Origin: Leptolyngbyaceae cyanobacterium
GTDB taxonomy: Bacteria > Cyanobacteriota > Cyanobacteriia > Phormidesmidales > Phormidesmidaceae
Assembly (NCBI GenBank): GCA_050331235.1
Contig: JBHJHA010000010.1
Span: forward strand, 20,195 to 84,194
Direction: 5' to 3'
Length of the DNA stretch: 64,000 bases
Shown here: positions 49,515 to 59,568 of the stretch, piece after piece
Layout of the letters: each line of letters starts with the position of its first letter
Position numbering within the stretch: the stretch's first letter is position 1
Program-made: the position numbers and the translations under genes
Notes under the pieces: generated by a model
What the model saw: only the letters and a program-made list of their open reading frames with translations
Database searches by the model: none
What the model was told of the DNA's origin: nothing

Positions 49515-51806
49515 ATGATCAGCAATACCCCTCCCCAATCTGCCTCTGGGCAGTGCCCCTTTCGAGGTACCCGCATTGGCGGCGCTATGGGTTCCAAACC
49601 CCAGACCGACGATTGGTGGCCTAATCGGCTACAGGTTGAGTTACTGCATCAAGACTCTCCGCAGGCCAACCCGTTGAGCGATGTTGATTATCAAGCAGCG
49701 TTTCAGCAGCTCGACTTTCAGCAGCTCAAAGCCGATATCAAAGCCTTACTGACGGATTCTAAAGATTGGTGGCCCGCTGACTATGGCAATTACGGGCCGC
49801 AAATGGTGCGGATGGCCTGGCACGCTGCTGGCACCTATCGGATTGCTGATGGTCGAGGGGGCGCGAGTCGCGGCATGCAGCGCTTTGCCCCGATTAACTC
49901 TTGGTGGGACAACGGCAACACCGATAAATCACGGCGGCTGCTGTGGCCCATCAAGCAAAAGTATGGGGCGGCCTTAAGCTGGGCCGATCTCATGATTTTG
50001 ACTGGCAATTGCGCCTTAGAAATCATGGGCCTCAAGACCTTTGGCTTTGGGGGAGGGCGCATCGACGCTTGGGAAGCAGACCGCTCTACCTATTGGGGGC
50101 CTGAGTTTTGGAACGGCAACGCCTTCGGGGAAAATGGTCAGCAACATGCGGGACATCCAGATGAGATGGTTACCCGCGATATTCGGTGGCTGGGCAATCC
50201 TGGCGATGAGTTCAACGATCTAGAAAATCCGCTAGCTGCCTCCCATCAGGCTCTCATCTATGTCGATCCCGAGGGCCCCAGCGGCGACGGCAACCCCATC
50301 AACTCCGCCCACGACATCCGTGAGACCTTTGCCCGAATGGCGATGAATGATGAGGAAACCGTGGCCCTCATTGCCGGCGGACATGCGTTTGGCAAAAGCC
50401 ATGGCATGGTCGAGCCCGACAAGATTGGTCCCGCCCCCGAGGGTGCGCCTATCCAGGCTATGGGGCTGGGGTGGCAAAACCCAGAAGGGACAGGATTTGC
50501 GGAATACACGATGACTAACGGTATCGAGGGTTCCTGGACGCCTAACCCCACCCAATGGGATAACAGCTACCTCGAAAATCTATTTAGATACGACTGGGAA
50601 AAGACTCAAAGTCCCGCTGGTGCCATTCAATGGAAGCCGAGCAATCCAGCTGCGCCTAAGACCCCAGATGCGCATCGGCCGGGGGTTGAGCATGAGCTGA
50701 TGATGATGACCTCAGATATTGCCTTAAAGGCAGATCCGGCGTACCACGAGGTTTGTCAGCGCTTTCTCAATGACTTTGACTCCTTTAGCGATGCCTTTGC
50801 TCGGGCTTGGTACAAGCTGACCCATCGGGATATGGGGCCGAAGACCCGCTATCTCGGTCCCGAAGTTGCGGCAGAAGATCTGCCCTGGCAGGATCCTATT
50901 CCAGCGCTAGATCATGAGGTAATTGGCGATCGCGACATCGATGCCCTCAAGGCTGACATTATGACAAGTGGCCTTTCGGTTTCTGCCTTGGTCTCTGCGG
51001 CTTGGGCCTCCGCTTCGACCTACCGCGATTCTGATAAACGTGGGGGTGCCAACGGTGCTCGCATTGGCCTCAACCCCCAAAAAGACTGGGCGGTAAACCG
51101 TCCGCAAGAGCTGGCTGAGGTGCTTTCCACCTTGGCGGGCATCCAATCAACCTTTAATGGTGCGCAGTCGGGGAACTAGCGGGTCTCCATGGCTGATCTG
51201 ATTGTTCTCGGTGGATGTGCAGCGGTGGAGCGTGCGGCAAAGGATGCCGGCGTGGACGTGAGTGTACCCTTCACCCCCGGTCGGATGGATACCACCCAAG
51301 AGCTCACCGACGTGGAGAGCTTTAACTGGCTAAAGCCGGTGTCCGATGGTTTCCGTAACTATCACAATGAGGCCATTGGTTATAAGGTTAAGCCGGAGCG
51401 CATCTTCCTTGATCGGGCCCAGTTGTTGACGTTATCGGCCCCAGAATGGACCGCGATCGTCGGCGGACTGCGTGCCCTCGACCAAAATTGGGATCATTCT
51501 CAGCACGGCATCTTTACCGATCGTCCTGGCGTCCTGACTAATGACTTCTTCCGTGTGTTGACCAGCATGGACTACGAATGGAAGCCCGTCGACGATCACG
51601 AAATGCTCTTTAATATTGACGATCTCCGCACTGGCGAAACGCAGTTCACCGCGACGCGCTGCGACCTAATTTTTGGCTCCAATGCTGAGCTCCGCCAGGT
51701 GGCTGAGGTCTACGGGGCCAATGATGGTCATGAGCGCATGGTCAGGGACTTTGTCGCCGCTTGGGACAAGGTGATGATGCTTGATCGCTTCGACGTTCAC
51801 ACCTAA
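49515..51806 (+). pseudogene. katG: Catalase-peroxidase interrupted by one in-frame TAG (51177-51179); ORFs 49515-51179 and 51189-51806
   Basis: [57 protein letters not shown]; both ORFs are in the same frame ([15 protein letters not shown]). Confidence 0.9.
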
Positions 51807-51921
51807 TTGCCCCCATTTAGGGGAATACCCAGTCCAGCCAAGCGGTTGCGGCCCATTCTGACCGCTCGGCTGGACTGCTATAGAGTAGGTAAGTGAGGTA
51901 AGCGTAATCGTAGATGCGAAT

Positions 51922-53433
51922 ATGAACGAGCAAACTCAGTCAGCACCCCGGGTGGTAGTTGTCGGGGCCGGATGGGCCGGACTGGGGGCGGCCTATCATT
52001 TGGCGAAACAGGGGTACGCCGCCACGCTGTTAGAGGCGGGCAGCTATCCCGGTGGGCTGGTAGCGGGTTGGCAAACGGCCCAGGGTCGCTCCGTCGAGGC
52101 GGGCATCCATGGGTTTTGGTATCCCTACCGCAACATCTTTGCCCTGGTGGATGAGCTGGGCATTCAGCCATTTACGCCGTACACTCGCTCGAGTCAATAT
52201 TCGCCCCATGGCTTAGAGGTCGAGTCGCCACTATTCCAGATAGAGCCCTACTTGCCGAGTCCATTAGGCACGTTCATCTACACCGACTTTAAGCGGCTGC
52301 CGCTGCGCGATCGCCTGTCGGCGCTGCCACTGCTGTATTCCGTTGTTGATTTTGATAATTCTGACGATGCCTGGCGGCGGTATGACCGCCTCTCGGCCCG
52401 GGAACTCTTCCGCCAATTTGGGGTCTCAGAACGGCTCTACAAAGAGGCTTTTGAGCCCATGCTGCTGGTCGGACTGTTTGCGCCGGGTGAGCAGTGTTCC
52501 GCTGCTGCGACCTTAGGCATGCTCTACTATTTCATTCTGGCTCATCAACCAGACTTTGATGTGCGCTGGTGTCGTGGCACGGTCGGTGAGCAAATCTTTA
52601 AGCCTTGGACCCAGGCCATTGAGCAGGCCGGTGGCAAAATCTTGGCGAACCATCGCGTGACCGATGTCATCGAAGGGGAGGGCGATCGCTTGACCGGCGT
52701 AGTATGTGGTGATGACGTGTTTGATGCCGACGCGGTCATCTTTGCCGTAGGCATCACCGGCCTGAAGAAAATCGTCGCCAACAGCCCGGCTCTGCGGCAG
52801 CGCTCAGAATTCCGCGATATTCAAAATCTTGGTGGCGTAGATGTGCTAGCGACGCGCCTGTGGTTTGACTGCAAGATTGAGATGCCGCTGCCCTCTAATG
52901 CCTGTTTTGGGTTTCATCAGACCACGGGCTGGACGTTCTTTGACCTCAACGCCCTCCATGATGAATACCAGGATGAACCTGGATCGGTAGTGGAGGTGGA
53001 TTATTACCATGCCAATCAGTTTTTACCCCTCAGCGATGCAGAAATTTTGCCTTTAGTGCAGGCCAACTTGGCCGGATGTCTCCCGGACTTTGGCAAGGCC
53101 AAAATCGTCGATCACAGCGTCATCCGCATTCCCCAGGGAGTGACGCATTTTGCCCCGGGGAGCTATCGCTACCTGCTGCCCAGTACCACCAGCTTCCAAA
53201 ATGTGTTTATGAGTGGCGATTGGGTCGTGACTCGCCACGGTTCTTGGTCTCAGGAGAAAGCCTATGTCACCGGATTGGAAGCGGCCAATCAGGCGATCGC
53301 CCTGTGCCATCAAGGGCAACCGGCTGACATCGTGCCCATCGTGCCCGATGAGCCCCATATCCAAGCAGCCCGCCAAGTTAATCAGTTTGGGCGATCGCTG
53401 CTGAGCCAACTCGGCCTAACCCCGAACCTCTAA
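51922..53433 (+). CDS. FAD-dependent oxidoreductase (amine oxidase/carotenoid desaturase-like superfamily)
   Basis: VVVVGAGWAGL, LLEA..PGG, VEAGIHGFW, SGDWV, SQEKAYVTG. Confidence 0.88.
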   Translation: MNEQTQSAPRVVVVGAGWAGLGAAYHLAKQGYAATLLEAGSYPGGLVAGWQTAQGRSVEAGIHGFWYPYRNIFALVDELGIQPFTPYTRSSQYSPHGLEVESPLFQIEPYLPSPLGTFIYTDFKRLPLRDRLSALPLLYSVVDFDNSDDAWRRYDRLSARELFRQFGVSERLYKEAFEPMLLVGLFAPGEQCSAAATLGMLYYFILAHQPDFDVRWCRGTVGEQIFKPWTQAIEQAGGKILANHRVTDVIEGEGDRLTGVVCGDDVFDADAVIFAVGITGLKKIVANSPALRQRSEFRDIQNLGGVDVLATRLWFDCKIEMPLPSNACFGFHQTTGWTFFDLNALHDEYQDEPGSVVEVDYYHANQFLPLSDAEILPLVQANLAGCLPDFGKAKIVDHSVIRIPQGVTHFAPGSYRYLLPSTTSFQNVFMSGDWVVTRHGSWSQEKAYVTGLEAANQAIALCHQGQPADIVPIVPDEPHIQAARQVNQFGRSLLSQLGLTPNL

Positions 53434-53552
53434 AAACAACCGCCGCTCGTCCCAAGGCGCTCCCTCCCTCAACGGCGGAATCCTCAAAGGACGACCCCAT
53501 CCTGTCTATCTCAAGGCTCCGCTCTGATTGGACAAACCAATGAAGGGACCGT

Positions 53553-53587
53553 GCATCCAGCATCCAGCACCTTGCACCCAGTACCCG
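53553..53587. repeat. Degenerate heptamer tandem repeat (STRR-like)
   Basis: GCATCCA GCATCCA GCACCTT GCACCCA GTACCCG. Confidence 0.5.
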
Positions 53588-53665
53588 ACACGCCGCGTAA
53601 ACCCTAGAGATCACGACAGCCCCGATCTATGCTGGATGAGCCCTTAAATTTTTTTCCTGGCGGAG

Positions 53666-54574
53666 ATGACGAGTCAAGCCTTGCAGACAGTTGAAAAACG
53701 CAAACTCTGGTTGGCCGCGCTGAAACCCCCAATGTATAGCGTAGCGATCATGCCGATTTTAGTAGGCAGTTGTGTTGCTTATGCCGAGACGCGATCGCTG
53801 GATGTTGGCATTTTTTTGACCTTTTTGCTTTCGGCGGTGCTGATCTTAGTGTGGGAAAACATCAGCAATGATGTGTTTGACTCAGAGACCGGCATTGATG
53901 TGAATAAGGCCCATTCCCTGGTCAATCTCACTCAGAAAAAACGGCTCGTTTTCGCCATTGGCAATGCTTGCCTGCTGTTGGGCATTGTCGGAGTTGTCAC
54001 CATTGCCTGGCGACAGCAAGATGCCACGGTAGTCTGGCTGATTTTGCTGTGTTGTCTCTTGGGGTATGCCTATCAGGGGCCCCCATTACGCTTGGGCTAT
54101 CAGGGACTCGGGGAGATTCTCTGTTTTTTTGCCTTTGGCCCCCTGGGCGTCGGGGCCGCTTACTATAGCCAAACCCAGAGCTGGTCCGTCGGTAGCCAGG
54201 TAGCTGGGGTAATCATTGGAATTACCACCTCGCTGGTCCTGTTTTGCTCACATTTTCATCAGGTGGCGGACGACATTGCTGCGGGCAAGCGATCGCCCAT
54301 TGTGCGGCTCGGCACCCAGCAGAGTGCTCGACTCGTGCCGGGGCTATGTGGCCTAGTGCTGGTGCTGGTGGCGGTTGGTGCGTTGGGACGGTACTTGCCT
54401 TTGGGAACGTTGATTGCCCTCGTGAGCGGCATTTCGGCGGTGCGGTTGTCGCGTCATGTCCTGGCCCACCACCACCAACCCGATCAAGTTTTTGACGCTA
54501 AGTTTTATGCGATCGGGTTTCACTTTTGGAGTGGGGTCTTACTCAGCCTGGGGTTAGTGCTGCCCCTCGGATGA
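53666..54574 (+). CDS. menA: DHNA phytyltransferase
   Basis: AALKPPMYSVA, NDVFDSETGID, YQGPP.RLGY, HFHQ..DD...GKRSP. Confidence 0.95.
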   Translation: MTSQALQTVEKRKLWLAALKPPMYSVAIMPILVGSCVAYAETRSLDVGIFLTFLLSAVLILVWENISNDVFDSETGIDVNKAHSLVNLTQKKRLVFAIGNACLLLGIVGVVTIAWRQQDATVVWLILLCCLLGYAYQGPPLRLGYQGLGEILCFFAFGPLGVGAAYYSQTQSWSVGSQVAGVIIGITTSLVLFCSHFHQVADDIAAGKRSPIVRLGTQQSARLVPGLCGLVLVLVAVGALGRYLPLGTLIALVSGISAVRLSRHVLAHHHQPDQVFDAKFYAIGFHFWSGVLLSLGLVLPLG

Positions 54575-55584
54575 TGATTCGGCTAGCGACCCGCTACTAC
54601 TGTCGACCATTTACGAGGCCATTGCAGACGGCTCACGGTCTTTGGACTCAGCGGGAAGGCTTAATTTTGCGATTTCAAACTGAGGCGGGTCAAGTCGGTT
54701 TCGGAGAGATCGCCCCTATTCCCTGGTTTGGCACCGAGACGCTAGCACAGGCCCAGCAGCTATGCGATCGCTGGCCTAAGGAATTGTCCCTAGCGACATT
54801 CCTCAGTGAATTGGCGTCCATCCCTGCCACATGGCCCGCCAGCCAGTTTGGGTTTGGGGCAGGCATTAACAGCTTCAGGAACCAGCCATCTGACCGCGCC
54901 GAGATCGATCAATCGATTGAGCGTCTATCCGCTGCTGATATTTGTGCTTTGTTACCGACAGGGCCCCAAGCCCTAGAGCATTGGGAAAGGCTGTGGCAGC
55001 AAGGCCACCGCACCTTTAAATGGAAAATTGGCGTTACCGATGCAGCCGCAGAGCTCGATATTTTTCAATCCCTGTGTGTTGCTCTGCCCACGACGGCAAC
55101 CCTCCGCCTAGATGCCAATGGCGGCCTCACAGCGGCGACGGCGACAACTTGGTTGCAAACCTGCGATCGCGCCCCCATCCACGTGGAATTTATCGAGCAG
55201 CCTCTCGCGCCTGACCAGGTTTTGAGCTGGCTAGGAAAAATCGGCGATCAGTTCCACACGGCGATCGCTCTGGACGAGTCTGTTGCTTCCTTTCCGCAAC
55301 TGCAAGCAATTCATCAACAATGGGGAAATCGAGTTGTGTATGTCATCAAACCGGCGATCGCGGGGAGGCCACAACCGCTGCTGGCCTATTGTCAGCACCA
55401 TCAGTTAGACGTGGTCTTTTCGTCAGCGTTAGAAACTCCCATCGGGCGTCATAGCGTCTTTCAAATGGCGAAAACGCTATGGCAGGGAGGTCTCAGCCGC
55501 CGCGCACTTGGCTTTGGCATTGACCATTTTTTTGCCGATGACTGGCAGCAGCTCGAGGTGGCCACACTTTGGGAACAGCTGTGA
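54571..55584 (+). CDS. menC: o-succinylbenzoate synthase
   Basis: GEIAPIP, TFKWKIG, LRLDANG, FIEQP, IALDES, VIKP, SSALET. Confidence 0.93.
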   Translation: MMIRLATRYYCRPFTRPLQTAHGLWTQREGLILRFQTEAGQVGFGEIAPIPWFGTETLAQAQQLCDRWPKELSLATFLSELASIPATWPASQFGFGAGINSFRNQPSDRAEIDQSIERLSAADICALLPTGPQALEHWERLWQQGHRTFKWKIGVTDAAAELDIFQSLCVALPTTATLRLDANGGLTAATATTWLQTCDRAPIHVEFIEQPLAPDQVLSWLGKIGDQFHTAIALDESVASFPQLQAIHQQWGNRVVYVIKPAIAGRPQPLLAYCQHHQLDVVFSSALETPIGRHSVFQMAKTLWQGGLSRRALGFGIDHFFADDWQQLEVATLWEQL

Positions 55585-57017
55585 CTCCGATGGAGCTGCT
55601 TCAGGTTCGCCAAGGGGAGCCTTGGTTGATCACGGCGGCTGGTGAGTCTTTTTGGTCACGGTTAGCCCACTATCAACAGGCCCTCGCCAGCCAGCCGCCA
55701 CGAGAGATCTTGCTAGTCGCCGAGCATCCGGTAGAGTTTTTGGCGGCTTTTTTAGCGGCGATCCAGTCTCCCGGTCGAGTATGGCTGGCTAATCCACAAT
55801 GGGGACAGCAAGAGTGGGCCCAGGTTGCGAGCCAATGCCACGCCGATGTGGTTTGGGGCTTGTCACCCGCTATGGAGTCTACGGTGCGAGGCTGGCTTGA
55901 GCGTTACCGCCAAGATTCATCACTTCGGCCTCGGTCAGTTTCCTCAGCGCCCCAAATCCTCATCGCCACGGGAGGCTCGTCGGGCAACCTGCGGTTTGCG
56001 GTGCATACTTGGCAGACTCTAACATCCGCAGTGCAGGGCTTTTGCGCACATTTTGACTGCTCAGCCGTAGATGCCTACTGTGTGTTGCCGCTACACCACG
56101 TCAGCGGCCTCATGCAGGCGCTGCGCTGCTGGTTATCGGGGGGGCAGCTGGTGGTGCAACCCTTTCGGGAACTGCTGGACCACGGCGCGATCGCCCTATC
56201 GACAGATAATTCATTCATCTCGCTGGTGCCGACTCAGCTCCAGCGGCTACTACAGAGCGATCGCGGCTTTGTCCCTTGGCTCCAAGCGTTCGACGCGATT
56301 TTACTGGGCGGCGCGCCCGCGTGGCCGGATCTGTTGGCGCGCAGCCGCGCCTTAAACTTGCCGCTGGCCCCAACCTATGGCATGACGGAAACCGCCGCCC
56401 AGGTCGCGACCCTGCTGCCTCAGGAATTTTTACAGGGTCAATCCGGAAGCGGGCGCGCCCTGCCCCACGCTCAACTATTCATTTACAGTAAAGCAGCACA
56501 ACCGCTTCCCACTGGCGAAGTCGGGCAGATTGCGATCGCGACCCCTGCCCTAGCGGTGGCTACAGGCAATACCCGACTCTCGTCCCCTTGGCTGACTGGT
56601 GATATCGGCTATGTAGACCCGGCCGGCTACTTGCACGTGTTGGGTCGGGTCCAGACCCTGATCATGACCGGCGGCGAAAAGGTTTTACCAGAGGAGGTAG
56701 AAGCGGCCATCTTAGCGACTCGGCTCGTGTCAGATGTCGCGGTCTTGGGCATTCCCGATGCGGATTGGGGCGACTGTGTCGTCGCGGTGGTAGCCAGCCC
56801 CAACGGACAAATTCCCCCGGCGCTCCCCCCGAGCCTGAAAGGCCAATTGAGCCCATACAAAATTCCAAAACGGTGGCTGGCGCGGCCCACCCTGCCGCGC
56901 AATCGCCAAGGCAAACTCAATCGACCTGCTCTGCAGCGATGGGCGATCGCTCAGATTTCCCCCACGTCTGTAACCACTGCACCAACTCCAGCGACAGCGC
57001 CTGACGCTGACGGGTAG
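55581..57017 (+). CDS. menE: 2-succinylbenzoate-CoA ligase
   Basis: TGGSSG, LPLHHVSG, YGMTET, TGD, GGEKV.PEEVE, PYKIPK; GTGA overlap with menC. Confidence 0.92.
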   Translation: MTPMELLQVRQGEPWLITAAGESFWSRLAHYQQALASQPPREILLVAEHPVEFLAAFLAAIQSPGRVWLANPQWGQQEWAQVASQCHADVVWGLSPAMESTVRGWLERYRQDSSLRPRSVSSAPQILIATGGSSGNLRFAVHTWQTLTSAVQGFCAHFDCSAVDAYCVLPLHHVSGLMQALRCWLSGGQLVVQPFRELLDHGAIALSTDNSFISLVPTQLQRLLQSDRGFVPWLQAFDAILLGGAPAWPDLLARSRALNLPLAPTYGMTETAAQVATLLPQEFLQGQSGSGRALPHAQLFIYSKAAQPLPTGEVGQIAIATPALAVATGNTRLSSPWLTGDIGYVDPAGYLHVLGRVQTLIMTGGEKVLPEEVEAAILATRLVSDVAVLGIPDADWGDCVVAVVASPNGQIPPALPPSLKGQLSPYKIPKRWLARPTLPRNRQGKLNRPALQRWAIAQISPTSVTTAPTPATAPDADG

Positions 57018-57357
57018 TCGTGTCAATGCAAACATGGCGAGTGGTTGCAAAGGCCGCTATCTTGCCGTTGGCTGCCCGCAGTTGGTACTTGATCTCAAAG
57101 CTGTCGGGGCTGATTTGCATCGGTTGCAGCTCTACTCGGATGACATCGCCACACCGCAGCGGGCGATGCAAATCAGCCGTCGTATGGGTGATGGGTACCG
57201 CGACCGTGCTACCACGAAAAAAGACCTTGAGATCAACGCCAGTCGCCTGCAGCGACGCCTCATATCCCTCATGGCAAATGCTCAAAACCTGAGCAAAATA
57301 AACGACGCCAGCGGCATCTGTATCTTGAAACCGAATGGTACGTTCAAAGTTGAACAT
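56917..57357 (-). CDS. Hotdog-fold thioesterase, probable DHNA-CoA hydrolase
   Basis: RTIRFQDTDAAGVVYFA..L..CH..YE; adjacent to men genes. Confidence 0.88.
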   Translation of the reverse strand: MFNFERTIRFQDTDAAGVVYFAQVLSICHEGYEASLQATGVDLKVFFRGSTVAVPITHTTADLHRPLRCGDVIRVELQPMQISPDSFEIKYQLRAANGKIAAFATTRHVCIDTTTRQRQALSLELVQWLQTWGKSERSPIAAEQVD

Positions 57358-57492
57358 GACTGTTTCCTCTGAGCCTCCAAGATACTTGATGCCTGGGGGA
57401 ACTCGTCAGCCATCTGGGTCGTCATGGATTTCCTGACGCAATAGCTGGCATACCACCGAGACGTCCCCCTCGCTTGCATAAAGGATTTTCCG

Positions 57493-58173
57493 ATGCTGTC
57501 TTTTCCCACACCATTAACATCACGACTGAGCTTGAAATTAGGATTGGTGCTGGGCCTGTGGATGATTGTGAGCGGTGGCCTCTCTGGTTGTGTAGCCCCA
57601 GCGGTGTCAGAGAGTGAAACAGTGGAAAAACCCGATTCGGAAGTGGCGATGCCCCCTGAAATGGTCCCGCAATCAGTCAGCGATCGCGTCCTTGAGCAGG
57701 CTTCTCAGGATTTGAGCGTGCCCAAAGCAGCATTGACATTTCGCCGATTTAACCCGGAGGTCTGGCTCGATAGCTGTTTAGGATTAGGCCGGTTGAACGA
57801 GTCTTGCCTACGGACTTTAGTGCCTGGGTGGCAGCTAGAGGTTCTCTATCAAGACCAAGCCCACTTTTATCGCGCCGATGAGCAAGGAGAAGTCATTCGG
57901 CGATCAACGCTGGCGCATAACTTGCCACCCTCAATCGCTGAACGGGTGATAATCATGGCGGCGGCCGAAACCCAAAGCTCGGCTGACCAATGGGCGATCG
58001 CGATGGCTGAGCCGCGCCTCTGGGATGGCTGCCTGGGTGTCGCCCCACCGGATGCCGTTTGCGCCCAAGTGGCCATTTTTGGCTGGCGGGTGACAGCGAC
58101 GGGAGCTGGGAAAACGCTGATCTATCACACCGACATGTCCGGTGATGCCATCCGCCTCAACGGAGGGGGATAA
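57493..58173 (+). CDS. Predicted lipoprotein with two Cys-containing repeats
   Basis: Lipobox LSGC; repeats WLDSCLG...SC...VPGW and WDGCLG...VC...IFGW. Confidence 0.75.
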   Translation: MLSFPTPLTSRLSLKLGLVLGLWMIVSGGLSGCVAPAVSESETVEKPDSEVAMPPEMVPQSVSDRVLEQASQDLSVPKAALTFRRFNPEVWLDSCLGLGRLNESCLRTLVPGWQLEVLYQDQAHFYRADEQGEVIRRSTLAHNLPPSIAERVIIMAAAETQSSADQWAIAMAEPRLWDGCLGVAPPDAVCAQVAIFGWRVTATGAGKTLIYHTDMSGDAIRLNGGG

Positions 58174-58206
58174 ATGGCTGGCGGGTTTAACCCATTTAAC
58201 GAACAA

Positions 58207-59415
58207 CTATTGCAATGACTTGGTTGCTGGCTGGCGCTGGCGCAGCAGATCCAACACCACCTGCACCATACAAGCGAGGGCCGCGATCGAAACCAACCAA
58301 AATGAGGTCAAGTTGTCACCCCAAACGGCCACTAGCAAGAGGGCACTGGCTGAGGTTAGTCGATAGCTGCTCAGCACACGGCGAAACTTAGGTGTGCCCA
58401 ATGTGCAGGTCAACCAGTGGATGCTAGCCAAGGCGATGAGCGCCACGGCGATCGCTCCACAAAATAACCATCGCTCGATCGTGGCGGGCTGCTCGGCGGG
58501 CCCATTTTCCAATAGCTTTTCCAGGCCAACGCCAGCCATCGTCAAGCTGGCAGTCAGCGGTAAGTGCAGGTATAGCCAGGTGAGCGCCGTTCCCACGTTG
58601 CCCTTTTGCATTGACCGGAGGGGGGAACCATCCGATGAGTCAAAGTAGAGCCACCACAGACTACAAGCGATCGCTAATCCCATGAGGGCGGTTAGCTCTG
58701 CGAAGGGGGTCCAGGTCAACTCCGCTAGACCGTTGACCACGCCAATGATGGCCTCCCCCAAAACGATGATGGTAAAGAGCCCAATCCGCTCTGGCACATG
58801 AGACATACTCGGAGGGACTTTAACCACCACATGTCCCGCCATTAACGGGGTCGCAAAGTCGATCAATAGGCCAGCACTCCAGAGAGCGTAGCGCCAAGGA
58901 GCAGGTATCCAAATAGAACTCAGCCAGAGGGCTGCGCTGCTGCCAAAGCCCACGCTGTACCAGTTGGCCAGAGCGCGGGCGCGGGGGATGAAATATCCCG
59001 CTACCTGATATTGACCAATCAGCAGGCTCCGCGATAAGGCATAGCATAGGGCAAACCCCATAGCCCCCGCCGCCAAGCCGTGGTGGGCGTTAACCGCCAT
59101 CGCCGTGATGATGCCCATTTGAAAGAACGTAAACAGCCGATCAAACAAGGTATCGGTATCAAACCGAGTGGCATAAAACGTGGTACCGACCCAGCACCAC
59201 CACAGCGGAATGAACATCAGCGCAAATCCAGCAAAGCCGAGGCCATCTAAATGGCTACTCAAATGATGGGCCAACTGCCCGATCGCGGCCACAAATACCA
59301 AGTCATAAAATAGCTCTAACCAAGTAGCGCTACGCTCTTCCGAGTCTTCATTGATTTGGCGCAGTTGGGGCCGTTGCCAGAGCGATCGAGACACTGGGGG
59401 CATAACCATATTCAT
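58207..59415 (-). CDS. ltrA: Low temperature requirement protein A family membrane protein
   Basis: ATWLELFYDLVFV, ERIGLFTIIVLGE, WWLYF, YLHLPL. Confidence 0.9.
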   Translation of the reverse strand: MNMVMPPVSRSLWQRPQLRQINEDSEERSATWLELFYDLVFVAAIGQLAHHLSSHLDGLGFAGFALMFIPLWWCWVGTTFYATRFDTDTLFDRLFTFFQMGIITAMAVNAHHGLAAGAMGFALCYALSRSLLIGQYQVAGYFIPRARALANWYSVGFGSSAALWLSSIWIPAPWRYALWSAGLLIDFATPLMAGHVVVKVPPSMSHVPERIGLFTIIVLGEAIIGVVNGLAELTWTPFAELTALMGLAIACSLWWLYFDSSDGSPLRSMQKGNVGTALTWLYLHLPLTASLTMAGVGLEKLLENGPAEQPATIERWLFCGAIAVALIALASIHWLTCTLGTPKFRRVLSSYRLTSASALLLVAVWGDNLTSFWLVSIAALACMVQVVLDLLRQRQPATKSLQ

Positions 59416-59568
59416 TGTGAAATCAAAACCATTCTCACATCCCAAGCTCCGGTTCGAGCTGGCGGGCTGCTAAGGCGGGATCAATTGACCAACACATTTC
59501 CCCCTGTCCGCTGAGAAATTGACCAATAATAGTCACACTGACGGTATTGGATTCTGGGATTCGGGTAC

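Noticed and set aside
31006..51179. Amber (TAG) recoding suggested by in-frame TAGs in the transposase and katG
   Set aside because: The two sites appear to correspond to different residues (Tyr, Lys), and TAG ends ureA, ndk, sdhA and others at their normal positions
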